Assembly: GCA_002633005.1 (NCBI GenBank)
Contig: NMRA01000407.1
Coordinates: 347,162-411,161, forward strand
From: Phoronis australis
Taxonomy: Eukaryota; Animalia; Phoronida
Direction: 5' to 3'
DNA length: 64,000 nucleotides
In this document: positions 37,009 to 52,400 of the stretch, piece after piece
Layout: each line of letters opens with the position of its first letter
Position numbering within the stretch: position 1 is the first letter of the stretch
Notes under the pieces: model-generated
Told to the model about the DNA's origin: nothing
Database searches by the model: none
What the model saw: only the letters and a program-made list of their open reading frames with translations
Translations under genes and position numbers: made by a program

Positions 37009-39389
37009 TCAGCTTGTGCTAATGTTCTTGATGAAAAAGGAAGACATGCGGTACTTGCCTGTTGATCACATTTGTTTTTGGCCTAAATACGAGTACGAAC
37101 TTTAGAATCAGTGCATATGTAGATGTCATTAAACCATTCTCAAGACAAATGTTACCTGGATTTCTGCTCGGACTGACTTTCAATCATCATGTTTTGCAAC
37201 TGTTTTGGATTTTCAGTCAGGGTTCAGTTAGTATGATCCTGGCTGTGATATTAGCAACTCTACCTCTCCATTGGTAATCCAAACATTTGTCATGGGTGCT
37301 TTGTGTGCTGGTGACATGTAGGGGGTTTCCTTGTAGAAAAGCCTGGGGTCTGTTTCATAAAAAGTAATTTAATTAAGACAGAACTTTGGTCTTGCGCTCT
37401 ACATAACAATTTCTGAAAAAGTAATTAAATCTCTCTTGTGCAGAAGTGCAGTCAAACTACACATAACTGCTAGTTATTGACATAAATTATTTCTGTACTG
37501 TGATGTACTAATAATATCTTAGCTAAAACCTTCATGGAGCACTTGTGAAATGGGAGCGCAAGACCAAATGTCGGTCTTAAGTCTTGGTCCTGTTGACTTT
37601 TATACATGATCACAAGAGGATAAGCAAACTGGGATATAAAGTGAAGGATGTCCAGTTAATGTGCAGTGCAGTAGATCAGACGTTTATAGTTTGATGTTTA
37701 AATAAATTTGTCTACTTCATTCTTCTTCCCTTATTCTAAGTGAACAAAAATAAGACTACAAAGCGCCAACTTTTCTATTAGAACATTTATTTAACATAAA
37801 ACAAAAAATGTAACAAGTCAGAAACTTAAAAACATAATATTTTAAAATAAAATTTCTAAACAAAATAAAATACTGAAAGATTTTAAATTTTCTGAAACTA
37901 CCACGGCCAACAATTAACACATCTGTTTGGGTCAACTGCAACTTCCAGATTTTTAACATTTCCATTTTGAATCCCTTCAAGTCCTTTAAATAGATTTTGG
38001 GAATATTAGTTGATGCAAAAGGTTAACTTAGATCTAAACAATAATTCAACTAACTTCTCTGTTTACATCAATTTTCCTCCTGTGAAAGGTATGAAAAGGT
38101 CTAGTGTTTCTGTTCTACTTGTCTCAACAACCAGACTTTGAATTTAAATGTTATGAATTTTTAGACCCTGGTTGGTTGTTAACCCCGACAGATGCAGTAA
38201 ATTCAGCTCACAGTTTGTAAATTCTCTTCAACCAACAGCCTGACCAGCACCATGTTACTCATCAGTAACACTCGTATATCAACAAATAATCCACCCAACC
38301 ACAAACCAACTGTACTTCCCAATGTTGTCACTTAACAAATATTTCTAGACTTTCATTCTATTACACCCAAACACAACTAGACCAAACGTTGCCAGTAACA
38401 GAACAATGACTAAACTGTAACCTTTATACCCGTCCTTAACACCTTCAAAGAAGCTGGTACAAAGAGTGCTAGTTTTCTCTGTAACCCGTTATGACCCATC
38501 TCGCAGGATATTTAGCTTAACGCATCTCGGATTCAATTCTTGAGGAGGTAGAAAAATACATTGAAAAACGAATGAGTTTCCCCAAAATAGGGTCGCCAAC
38601 ACACGGAGCCAAGTTGGATAGGTGAGAATGATTTACTACGCCTCGTGCAGTTCTTTAAAAATTTTGATAGCTGAATTGCAACATATTGTGTAACAGTACA
38701 CTTCAATGGCATAATCACAAATGGCAAAATAATTGTAATGTAAACAGTAATTAGTGCTGCATCAGTATACAACTACAGCCTAAATAACCAACAAAAGAGC
38801 AACAGAATTGGAGAAAAGGAGAATATCCGACAAGTGTGAGCACAAAGATGCAACTTTCACCTAAAGCATGACCCACCTTGGATACAATCCAAAGTTTGAT
38901 ACGAGACACAACTACTAGAGTGTAGTGCTCGACAGAGTCGTCAGCTCTCAACGTTTGCTGGACCAAGTCGCCGATATCGGTAATTGCGAATGCCATTCGG
39001 TCTGCAAGTTTTCCAAGACACCTAGGAGATGATGGACAGAATCTTGCCTACTTGTCAGGGAATGATCAATACTGCTGTCGACATCCGGACCGTGAAGATA
39101 ACCTACCTACATCCCCTTATGGCATGAGCCAGAGTGAGAGAGCAGGGATTGATCTTCAATCCAGAAAGGTGCCTCTGATAAAAATGCTAGAAGTGAGCTT
39201 CTGTAAGATTAACTCTGTCAATGGAGTCAAACTTGCACTTCGAAAGACATCTGATATGTTCTGATCTGCATAACCCTACCTGTGAGATGGAGCATAACTG
39301 TGTGATGGAGCTGTAGCGGCTTCTTGGAATGGAACAGTATTTGTTAGCCTTCACACCAAACCTATTAGAACTTCAGAGCACACACAATG

Positions 39390-39860
39390 ATTGCAGATGC
39401 CCAATCACCAGGCCTTCCAGACCATAAAGGACGAGATAAGTCGAGATGTCACCCTGCATTACTTTGATCCAACACTAGAGACACATATCCAAGAAGCCTC
39501 AAGCCTAAAGGGTTTTGGTGTAACTTTAATCCAATTGGACAAGCAAGGATGTGAACACGTGAACATGCGATTGCCTTTTCGTCGAAGTCCCTTACCTCAA
39601 AGGAAGAGAAATACGCTAACACTGAACGAGACATGTTAGTGGTAGAATTTGGAGCACAACGATTTCACACCTAGGCATATGGTTCACCATTCACTGCAGA
39701 GTCGGACCGCAAGCTATTGGCATCCAAACAACTGAAATGGGTGAATCAAGCTCAACGTGTTATTGCAACTTCAGTCATACGACATGACGATTCCATACAG
39801 ACCAGCCAAGGAATTTTTATTAGCAGACACGTTATCATTACAAAACCCCAAACCAGGGGA
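39390..39860 (+). mobile_element. Degraded Ty3/Gypsy pol remnant (RT connection/RNase H)
   Basis: HQAFQTIKDEISRDVTLHYFDPTLETHIQ..S.KG.G..LIQ; after frameshifts IAFSSKSLT..E.KYANTERDML..FG..RFH, ESD.K.L, YRPAKEFLLADTLS. Stops and frameshifts are present. Confidence 0.85.
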
Positions 39861-40488
39861 AACACTGAGCCAAGAGAAGATGCTGTTCAGTAGTCAAATG
39901 ATGACTTGGGTACGGAAGAGCACAATAGCGTTTTGACACTTAGACCTCTGATGGAAGCCATGATGCATGGATGGCATAGCTGTACCCAGAACTTAAAAGA
40001 ATGACTTCCACCATGCTGAACTGCAACACTTCTTTTCAGTGGGAGAAAGGAGACAGCGTCATGATTCCTGTGGCGATGCAGGAAGACATTTTAAACAAAC
40101 TACAGGAAATGGGGAATATCCCAACTTACAAGAAGGGGAAATGGCAATGGGGGCATATCCCAACTGACAAGCTAATATTACAAACAATGACACTCTTTGA
40201 AAACAGCGGACAACAAAATCAATGCCCCGCCACTACTATGCATCCCCTACTAAAGTCACCTATTTGCAGGCCCTATGCACACTATCCATGCGCACAGTCA
40301 CAACAACTGGTGCACCAAATCAGTGCCACCCTTTAAAAGTGGCATGTGATTGCAACTAAACCAAATACAAAAAAATCTACAAATTCTTGAACCAACTAAC
40401 CAATGACACCATTTTTAAATTGAGCGCGATAACAATCCCCATAAATGAATGACTCCCACTCGTACTTGAGTGACCACTCACAGCACCA

Positions 40489-43400
40489 TCACGAGAGTTT
40501 GCCCAACTCTGCCTTCCTGAACACTTCTGTAGCCGTGAACACACAACTGTCAATAATACCAGCCACGGTGAAGGTACCACCCACAATGGCGCACACCTGG
40601 AAGCAACAAAGATGTCTTGTTTACTAACACTTACCACTCTCAGCATCTAGTGAGTGCTTTGAATACTGAAAAAAATGCTAAAACACAGTGGTTTAATTCT
40701 TTTTATTTTGCACAAAAATAGTTGTCAAAACTATCATTCTACTATTTTCAAAGACTGACAAGACCAAATGCAGGACAAGTTGTAACAATATCAGAGCAAA
40801 CTTAATGAAATAGACCTATGATAAAATTTCGTGACTAAAACAAAAGAATGAACTTTGGCGAAGTTAACTCAAAATCAAGAATTTTACTTATTTTAATTGC
40901 CAACTGAACATACCGTAGTTAAAAAGCTGTAAAATGGCTTCCTTCTCTCGGTGTATTTTACAGTGATTGGACTCATGTCATACCTAAACCATATAGCTGG
41001 TAGACCCATCTGAACCCCATGAGCAAACTTGGAATACTCCTGAAATCCACAAACAAACAAAATGGAGTTCTGAGTAAAATCTAAGGCAATCTTCAAAGCT
41101 GCCATGCTCCAACCTTAGGGCAAAAACTAACTTTTTTGCCACATAAACCACAGTCCCCCACAACCCAACTAACCGTGTCTCGTCTCGAGCAAAAAGAAAT
41201 GGGTGTTCCTTTCCAAGACCAGAAAATACTTCTAAGGCTAAAATCCATATTTAATTTAGGGCCCGAGGTCTAATCATTTTAGACAAGATCGAACTCGAAC
41301 TTATTTTTGTCATGTTCTATTCTACTTCTGTGTGAAATCAAGGAGAGTATCTATTATTCTACGCTCAATTACAAAATGGCTGACGTGCATAAAATGTCCA
41401 ATTCTAGTTTGCACTTAATCACCCCATCATTGAGGTTAAAAGTTCGGGTATGAACTCGAAATTACAAATTTTTACTTGAGTTTTGAGCTTGAATCTAGGG
41501 GTCATCAAATGGGAACTTGGACTAGAGACTCATTTGCATAAACCATTATACACTCGAGCACGGAATAACAGACACATATCTTGAGTGGGCACAAAAGTAG
41601 AACAGAAAAAGCCCAAGAAGACAGAGCAATAGTCTGATGTAACATGACCGTATTTTGATAACCAGTTTGATGCTCGTTATTTAGTGGAGAAAACTGGTTC
41701 TCAAAATGCGGGCACGTTATATCAGACTATTACCGAAGACAGAGTAGAAAGATTAGATTCCAGTCCCTGGTCTGCAGTTGAGGAGCTGTGAAAAAATATG
41801 CAAACTTACTGCCAAATATTTCACTGCTTCATTTTTTCCCAACAGCCTCACAAATGCATTCAACCATTTTTAGGACAGTGTTCTGTCAAATCAGCAGTCG
41901 TAAATGACAATGAATCAGTGGTGTAGGGTGGTTAGAGGTGAACAAAATGTGAGCCCAACCACCAATCAGCAGAAGGTGCGCGAATGTCTTAAATGCAATG
42001 TTAGTTATTGTATCCACATAGATAAGGAGGGCATCAATTTGCAAGGATGTTGTTCAAGCCTAGACCAGGAGCGGTCCCTGTAACACAATCAACAATTCAT
42101 ATCTGAATAAAATCACTGGAGAAGAAAGAGAAAAGAACCCTCAAAGTTGCCTGGCATTTTACAATCATCCTAACTTCTCACGGTGAGGTTTAAATTAAAA
42201 TTACAGTTGTAACTACAATACAACTGAAGAAATGGAACACGTTTGTTTTCAGTACATGATTCAAGCATTTATGGGATAAAAATCACCAGTAGATTGACTC
42301 TTTTAAGGATTCCTTACATTTCACAAATATAAGTTTTCATTGTAAGATTAAGATTCAGATTGAAATGACAGTTGGAACTCTATTACACTTGATTTGCTGC
42401 ATAACATTGCTGAAAAATGACTCACCCTATGGGCATATGTGTACTGATATGGGTGTTGTTTGTTGCCATTTATGTCTTCATACACTGTGGGAACTACTTT
42501 TAGAAAATAATCGTGAGTTGACATAGCTGGAAAAAATAATGAGAGATCAGCAACAAATAAGCATCCAGAGGGAGTTACATAAACTAGAGAGAGAGGGTTA
42601 AAATCAAGGAGTTTATGAATATGAAGATGTTGAACTGACATGGAAATATAATACGCAAACATCAGTTTAGTCTGCCCACCACCTGTTTGCCACATCACAA
42701 GACCTAATGAACATAAATCTGAAAAGATTTCTGCCCCTGCGATAATCAAGGAGTATTTGACAGGACTTAATGACACGGCAAATATAACAAGGAAAATAGT
42801 AAAAAGGAACAGCTAGTACCATTAGCAACAACAATTATATAATAATAACAACAATATTAAAACTAATATTAATACTGTAATTTACTGGTGTGTCATTTTA
42901 CACATGCCTGACATCTGTTGCAAGAATACAAGTCTTATTGTACCAATTCACCTTAGTCAAGTGTATTGCGTTTAGAATCAAACTTATTTGCACTATTTCA
43001 TATTAGGCAAGTGCTCTATAACTAGCTTAAAAACAACTCAAAGAATCCTAAAAATAAATGTTAATGTTTGAACCACGAATTATCTTTTAGCAACTAAAAA
43101 AGGCCAAACTTCCTTTGACAAGAAAATAAGAAGTCAGTGACATTTAGTGTTTCCTTTGTCTTGTTTTTATGTTAGTATTTGTCATGTCTTCAAGCATAAT
43201 TGACCTACACCAAGAATACATAACAATGCAAAACTGACCTTTCTTCAAAGATGTTTTACCCTAACACTTACGCTCTGATTTTGTTTTGTCTATATCTTTA
43301 AGTGGGTTAAATGAGCCAGGCAGGTTAGAATTCTGAAACAACGAGAAATGGTTAGACATTGCACGCCATACAACGAAGTCAATGTGCTGTGAATTAGTTA

Positions 43401-46400
43401 CTGTTAATTGTTACTACGCAAACACTGATACCTCTGTCTGCTGATTGGCTAAAACACAGTACACAACTTATTATGACACGATGTTGACCGGTTAGCCATC
43501 AAAAGTCACCAGGTCAAGAGGCTGCTGACCGATCAGACACAGTAAAAACTCTAAATCACTTGACTGTGACTCAACAACGCGAGCAGGTCATGATAGTAAA
43601 TACAAGGTGAAAACATGACAATCTAACAAGAGACAAAGAAATCAGACCATAAGAAGCATTAGTGGCCGTACAATAAACAAATATCGACCAATCCCTCAGA
43701 CCTATCAGATCATATGGACCTCAGGCAACATTGCTATCCCTCAGTTCATATATGACCCAATACTGACCTCGGGTTTGATCCACATTTGTATAACATTAAC
43801 CTGAAATATAAATAGAACTGCATATTTTAAGAGTTTTTGACAAATGATTTCATAATCGTGCACGAGGAGAGTGTGATGTTACACACAGCATGCTAGTGTT
43901 GCTAGTAATAAATACATTCCAATTTTGTCAAAGTTACTAGAATCAGCTAGTGGTAGCAATTGTAATATAGACATATACCAGTACTTCCACTACGGGGTAA
44001 GGTCTAAATGATAAATTGTGGAGCGTATACATAGCCTATAAGTGGTGAATGGAAAAAGTTTACCTGCACCCCTATTTCACTAAAAATGTTGTACAGGCTG
44101 CAAAACATGTAAGGCATTCAAATAAATTTGATTTTGTACAAATAGTTGTTTTCTAGTGAAAATTACATATATTTGTAACAAATATAATTTATCACATATT
44201 TTTGCCATTTTGTTGCATGCACAGCTCAAATTTTTGAAATGGCATTTTTGTGAGAGCCTGTTACGAACACCACCTGTTTGTTCAAGTGCAAATGGTCAAT
44301 CAAATCAAATCTCGGTCCAAAGTTTTCCCACAATGAGAAGCCCTATTGTTTGCATACCCACTCAAACTATTGAAGAAAGTTTTGAGCATTTTTAAACATT
44401 GTTATACCGCATAAATTCAGACTGTGCAGGAATTTTTGTCAGAATGAACATTAAAGCTTGTGTGCAAGAAAACAGCTGCTCCACACAACTATTTCTGAAA
44501 ACTAATTCAAATTTCATTTAAGAAAAATTGCGGAGTCAGAATATATATATTTTTTTACAGCTGCCAGTTACGGATTAAACTTCTATGAATTATTTCTGGC
44601 CTGTGACACGCTCATAATTACTTGGATAATCTTTAAAGTTTATTCAGCAATTGTGAAGTGGCAAATTTCTGTGTCATGTCTTAAGTCGCCTTACATCAAA
44701 AAGACCCTTGACGTTTCGTCATCCAACTCTCGCTGAACGCTTCTGCATAACTTTATACCAATAATTATGCGATCAACACAATATTGTCAGCCAACCACTC
44801 GAAGGTGGCATAACACCAATAGTGAGTCAAGTGATCAGAAATGGACAACACATTCAAAGTTACAACAAGTGTTAAAAACATTTTTGCACAACTCATGAAA
44901 AGAATCCCACACTTTCTAAGTGGTTGAGATAGGGCAACTTGACCTACTTGCCCACCGCACAACAGAATCTGCTGGTTCAGATCAAAGACACCATGTTGTT
45001 GCAGTTAATTAAATTGCCTCAGGCTACTGATGTTATTGTTCTCTAGATAAGGAGAGCATCCATAAACATAATGGGGTGACAATAGTATTTTCAATTTCCG
45101 TTCTGAAAGTTTGTAAATAGCATATTTGAATAGCTTGTGAAAAACAAACATGATTATTGAAAATTTCACAATGTGACTTTTACAACCTAAAACATTTCTT
45201 TAATGTTGCAATAATACAGTCCTCATTAAGTCTGCTGGGTGTGCAACATTGTTGGGCCAATTATCAAACCACCAGGCAGGCCTTTATGCACCATAGGTAG
45301 CACTAATCTGGACGCCCTGGCAAGGACGCCCTGGCAAGGACACCCTGGCAAGGACGCCCATTGTCAATCAACCTTTCACACATATTGTAATGATTACTAG
45401 GAAACCTATGCCCATAGCTGAAGGGAGAATTGAGTTCACAGTGGTGGCTCTTTTCAAAGCAGTTGACAGCAATGAGTATCCACAACACCTTTCAAACATT
45501 AGCAGGTTTGGTTGTCAAAGTTTCTTCCACTTCTGGCTATGATCCCAGTGATCATAGCTGCAGAGCTTATTACTATATGTACGTATTGGGTTCATACCTT
45601 AGTGTGACTCCAAACTGGTGTTTCAGAGCTGTAACTTCATGATTTTCATCTTTTTTTAAAAACATCAAAAGTGAAATAAATGTCATTATTTTAATGCAAT
45701 ATTTTGCCACAAGAATATGTCCATTTAAATTTTTTGAGTTTGTGCCCGTTTCATGCTTTTCAATGTCCATTTTAAGGTTTTAATATGGAACAGCAGTGAC
45801 ACCTGTTGCCAAAATACAAATCACACATCATGTGTGCATTTTTCTTGTTTTGTAACTGCAGCTCTGATGACTCATTTTACAGAATATTAAAGGAGCATAC
45901 CACCCAAAAAACAACCTAATTTGTATCAATTTAGATCGAGTAGTTCTACTCCATAACGACACGTACGGTTGCGTTACCTGACACCTGACGGCAGACGGAG
46001 GTGATGAAATTATCCAACGACGTCATCGGTTTCACACGCAGTCTGTTCAGCAGTTCACAACACGGGTTACTGGTGTCAGCTTATCGCTTGAAGTCATCGT
46101 TTAACACCAATAAATCATCAAACTTCGATATAAAACCCTTAAAAATACACCGAGTTCTTATAAAAATGTGTTGTTTTATTTCGCTCTTATGGATTTATTC
46201 GTATTTGGACACACCGTAGCCTACAAAGTTCGGCAGGCCAATATAAGGTCCGTAGCAGGAGTTTGGGGTCTGTTCGGAGATAATTTCGAAGTATTTTCCG
46301 TGAGATACAGACAAGAGAACCTAGATCTGTGTTGTTTAGACTTGTGATTTTTTGAGTTAGCCTGGCCAGTGGCTCAGAGCCCGATCAGGCTCGTCGCGGC

Positions 46401-49400
46401 CGGCCGGATTGATTCGTTAACCCTGCCAGTGGCTCGGAAACTGATCAGACATCATGAACATAAACCAGCCAAAGTTCAGTGGAAACTAAACTTCCAGTCA
46501 AGAAAATACTATACTATTGAGCCAAAGTAATGTGCACCTGATTATGTTGGTGAATTAGCCACGAAACTGCAAATCTACTTACTCTTGTCGGGGGCCGCGA
46601 ATTCAGGTTCCGCTTTGGCCACAGCAATGTCAGGGCAGAAGTTGTACATTCACAATCATTACATGAGTAATGTAAATGTAAATAAAGATTCCCCTAACAC
46701 CTGACCGTGGGATGGAAATCGAGTTGTTTCACAACAGTTTCTGCCAGCTAATACTAAATTAGCGTGAGCTCACATGGCCTAGGTGTCCTGTCAATTAGTT
46801 TTATTGCACCCGAAGCCGGTAACGCAGTGATTTATTCATTGCTGGTTTCTCAAATCATTTGCACTCACGAACACTCCAAAGGCATTACAAATTGCATCTA
46901 ATGAGACAGACTTTGTTTCAGTTTTATATAAGTATTGGTTAGGGTGAGCCTTTTGAAACAGAACGCTCAGTAATAAACGCCAACATGGCAACTCACAATC
47001 CCGACTTAGGAAGAGCTAGAGCTCATCAGTCCCGACTTCGCAAGTGGATCGTTATGTTTTACAGGCTATCAATTCAAACAGGAATACAGTGATGAAGAAA
47101 TACTAGAGAGGCGCCGTGAACAAGCTCAGACAACGGAACGTATGGAGTTATTTGGTAAGCCAGCATTCGTCCGGCACTGTCGACGTCTGCAGGCAAAAGA
47201 CATGGAGATGTTTCACGGCCTCATACTTCCTATTTACAACGTACATTTCCTTCTTCACTACCATGAGCCACTTCCTAAGCATTTCGGACTCTCGAGGAAG
47301 TAAAAAAAAAAAACGATATACCCGCTTTCCTCGCAGCTGCTTAGTTCGGACAAGCGGGAACGATGCACCGCAACATAGCAGCATTCACTCTGCATATGAA
47401 CCACTGACGTCGCTAGCGTCGTTTCTCACCTTCCTCACAGGTTAACGCATCACCTCTTGGCAAGGTAAGATCGACCATATGTGAGACGATGTGGATATAG
47501 ACCCATTAAGATGGCAAAAAAAGACTAATTAAATCGGGTGGCATTCTCCTTTAAGCTACTTAAAATGATATGACAAACTTTACAACATCAATTTAACTCG
47601 AGATCACCAAAAACACAGTGCCCTCATCGTTTAACCAATGTCTCTAATATTCGTTTGGTAAGCTACTTGGCTGCTTTCCTAAATTTAGATGTTAAAAGTC
47701 TTGGTCTACATTTTTTTTAGTAAAAAAGCTCACTACAGAAGGCTGTAAACTTAGATGTAAAAACCTTGGTCTACGCATCTTTTGAAAAAAAAAACTGAGG
47801 GTATTGCTGGTGAACGGTCCTGGGGGTGGGGGGGTTACGCGTCGAAATCATGGACGCACTGGAACATTGGGACAACCTATTTTCGAACTCCTGGATAAAG
47901 GCGTGCCACCAGGCAGCCTTTGGATTTTGAGGTAAGCCAAGTTTCATCGTACAATTCTTGGCATCTGCTGTTTGAGCAAGAATTCAAACTTTGGAACCCC
48001 ATATCACCCAATACCTCAAGTGAGAGTCCAATGATTATGTTAACATTGGTTGAATTTTATGACAGAATATCTCAGTGTCAAAACCATCTCAAAATTTTTG
48101 TTAGAGCTTTCTGAAATTCATTATTTTTTATGTATGACTTAAAATCAAATCAAATTTTTGAGATTAAATGAATCAGCTACAATTATGAAAAATTACAGAA
48201 ACTGATATTGAGCGTTTTTATCATAGTTTTGTTACAGAGTTTGGTGAATGCTGATGAAAGGACTTTTTCTCTATCAATGGCATTTTTATCAAAAAAAAAA
48301 AACACCAGAAAATGGATACTTTACTTTATGGGTTAAGAGTTTCTAGTTATTCAGATGTTTCAACACAAAGACAACATTTTAATTAGGGGTACAAGTAAAC
48401 TTAATTTCTATCCATAGTCATACATGAGAGAAACCAACAAGTGGTTGGTACAACGTTCCTACCACATCTTTACTACCAATACTAAGGTACTGTATTTGGT
48501 GGGTGAAGTCGATCTCTGTTGGTTGCTGGGCTCCGGCCGAGTGAGTTGACACATGGAAGTTACCAGGCACCTGCAAAGAACAATCAACAATACTTCTTAC
48601 AAGAATGAAAGCCTGCAGTTCATACAATACGCCAAAAACATACTCCATCTACACACACACACTGACAATAATCTCACAACACAAACAGGGCTCCACAGAA
48701 CGAGCAGCAGGTCACATTTGTGACTTGAAATTTTGAAAAGAGAGCCGAGATTTTGCCTAACTCGTATTAGTTACAAGTGTCCGACTTAAGAATTCCAACC
48801 CAGCAGAACTGACTTATTTATACTTCCCTTCGTAACTGACAAACTAGCAGCAACTCAAGTGAGACCCATTATAAATTTAAAAGCACCTTGACTCAACATT
48901 CGAATTGTCAACGACCATTTTTACTAATCTATTCGAACTCTAGAAACACAGCCTGGGACTTGCCCAGGTCACAAATGACGATAATGACTTATTGACTTTC
49001 ATAGCAACGAAGGTTGACAATAACATTATGTGATTTTACCTTGCTACATCAACTCAAAATGGTGAGAGGTGAAACCAATGTCAGAATGACCGTATAACGA
49101 TGCAATATGTGACATTCGAGCACGAGTGCTTTCAAGTGTTTCCCAATGTTATTGACTCTTATGTTAGGAAGACGAGACTCGTCCCATACTTATTCTATAG
49201 CTTACACTGAAAGGCATGATACCCTCTCCTGGTATACCATCGCCCATTACACTCACCCATATTTCATATTACACTGACCCATATTTCATATTACACTGAC
49301 CCATATTTCATATTACACTGACCCATATTTCATATTACACTGACCCATATTTCATATCATACTGAGGAAAACATAAGACTGTCTACCAATACAACACATA

Positions 49401-52400
49401 AATCTTATCAGCCAAATAGCATTCTTCATCCAGCTAGGGGCGCACCCACTTTTAAGGGACCCACAGCTGTTCTTTGCCCACCCACTCTGAACAAGAAAAC
49501 AGGTGACTACTTAATTCAGTTTCAACTTATTTTAGTATTTCTTTCCAACTCCTGTTGTATTACACAATACATAATAAATACATTCCGTAACGTCTTCTAG
49601 CAATTTCGAGTGAAGAGCCTTATTTTCTCAAAAGTTCGTAGGCACGATTGGAAGGTATTGATGAGTCAGAGCACAATAAAACAAAATCTATGTTCAGCAA
49701 GTAAATGAAATAACAAACCTTGTTGACGTTAAATGATGCTTCAAACAAGCACCCTGCGCCCTCGTTAATATCTTCTTTCTTTGTGTCAGGCATGAACCCG
49801 ACATCATGTCGACCAAGGTCATCCTGAATATCTAACCCTACATCTGTGAACACAAATTTTGATAATATAAAAGGAAATTTTTATATGGACCTGCAGCATT
49901 AACTCACAATGTGGTGGACAGGGGATTCTTGTGTTTTTTTTTAATTTCTTCCATAAAAGATAAGCAACACTAAACAATGTTTTATTCAATTCCTTACCAT
50001 AGCTACCAGTGATTAGAAACATCAAGGACATTTGCAACAATATCAGAAAAAATACCAATTTTGACAGTTAAAGTGTTGTTATTTCAAATAAACTTTTATA
50101 ATGGGAATGAAAAAGGAAAACATTTGGCATTCAGTTTTGCTCAGTGGATGGAGATGTTTATTTGCACCTCTAAATTCCATGCATGATCGCCTAAACCTCC
50201 GTCCTGACTAGCACACACTAAACACGCTCATGCCCCAAAACTCTACACATACATCCAAAATGCTCTATGTCCAGTGATCAAATTCCATACCCAGGGATCA
50301 AACTCCAGTCCCGAGAACCAGATACCTCACCCAGACTCGGAGGCTTGAGCCTGGAGTTTGGTCCCCAAGTTGCACTCTGAAAAAATGTCATCCCTTGTGT
50401 TTTTGCAAAAGTCAAATATTAACTTAAAAAATAATCAACTATCAGTTGAAACTTTTAAGACAATGCCGTCATTCCAGAGTTAATATTTCAAACTCTGTTA
50501 AAATAATACACAGCACCGCACTGTCCTTAAACATGTACATCGACTTAAAGGATTTCACCACACAACTGGAGAGTCAGAGTGGGACCTTTGTTTAAAACTA
50601 CTGCCTATTGTCCCATTAACACATTGCCGGTTAAGATGGCGGTTCACTGCACCATGAACATTACTTTCCTAACAAGATAATGCTACTAACGTGACCAAAC
50701 AAAATTGCGTGATATTAGCAACATGCTTACAATATGACCATTATGTTGAAGCAGAATGAAGTCACAAGATGTGAAGACTAAATTGACTTTACGTTCAAAA
50801 GATTTCATACCCAACATTATGAGAGAATGGAACTGTGAGATCGTCTTTTAAACAGAAATTAACAGTATGAGATGAAACTTGTTTTATGTTCCAACAATGC
50901 TTTTTTCGTAAGACAACCCAGTGTCAACAAGCTATTTATTTGAGTTCGTTCACATTAATGAATAAATCATCCAAAATCAAAGCCAACCTATGACAGAAAT
51001 CCCTCAGTCATAAAATACACTGCTACCAGTGGCACTGTACAGAAGACTAACAAAACCTCACAAATAGCCAGATACACAAGATACACGGAACCTTACCATT
51101 TTCCACATGCAGCATGTTCACTCAACTTGTCACTCAACATGTCACTCAACACGCCCACTCAACATGTCACTCAACATGCCCACTCAACATGTCACTCAAC
51201 ATGCTCACTCAACATGTCACTCAACAAGCCTCAGCCTGCTCTACCACTTACAGGCACACTTCAGCTTGGGCAGACGAATCTTCAGATGAACCGGAATGCG
51301 CTCAGTAACAGCACTGACTGGATCATCAACGTAAAGCTCACTGATGCTGAAATACAGACAAAATGCAGTAGAACTCACCGTTGCTGAAATACAGAAACAA
51401 GAACAACGCGGAGCGTTGAAATGCGCCCACAATTGCACCGCATACGGTATCCTTCTAGGGTTGTTTATTGGTACCATAAAGTGGCCAGTAGAGGGCATAC
51501 TTTGCAAAATGGAAAGGCATGGTCATTGTCTCCTCAATAGGCTAGGGGCAAAATGTGAGTAATCTTCATAATACAAGCACATCCTATACACCAGTTGCTT
51601 AAAGCACCACAGAAACATAGAATTAAAAACAAATTTACCAACATACGAGATTAGCACAGCATTAGAATGCCAGAAACAAATTTCTACTTGGAACTTTTCC
51701 TTCACAGTCACGAAGTAACACAAAGTATACACCTGAAGACCTATGAAAATACAGAGGTCAATGTAAAATACTAAAATTGCCACTAGAGGCAAATACTAAA
51801 ATTGCCACTAGAGGCATACCGGTAATCAGAATCATCCTAAAGTCGTCATCGTCCGTTGTCAACATCACATAAATACACTTGCTAAATTTAGTAAAGATCC
51901 TGCAAACGGTTTGGGAGATACAGCCATGGGCGCAAAAAAACAAAACTGCCACTAGGAGGCGCCACAGTAGTCCAAATCGTCTGAAAATCATTGTCAGCTG
52001 TCTTCCTTATAGTAAGCACATACACGCCAATTTTCACAATCATCCTTTGAGCGGTTTGGTTGATAGAGGGGTGGACGCAAAAATACAGACTCGAAAACAG
52101 TAAAAATGGCCACTAGGTGGCGCAAACTACGTCGAATCCATCTGAAAACAGTAGGATAGCGTCATCTCACTAATAGGTGCCTACATACCAAATTTCATGA
52201 AAATCCGTTCAATACTTTTGAAGATACAAAGGTAAGCGTAAAAAACTAAAATTGCCACTAGGGGGCACACCGGTAGTCGGATCCGACCAAAAGTCGTCAT
52301 CTTCCGTTGTTAACATCATATAAATATACTTACACAATTTGTAAAGATCCTGCGAACGGTTTAGGAGATACAGCCATAGGCGCAAAAAAACAAAACTGCC

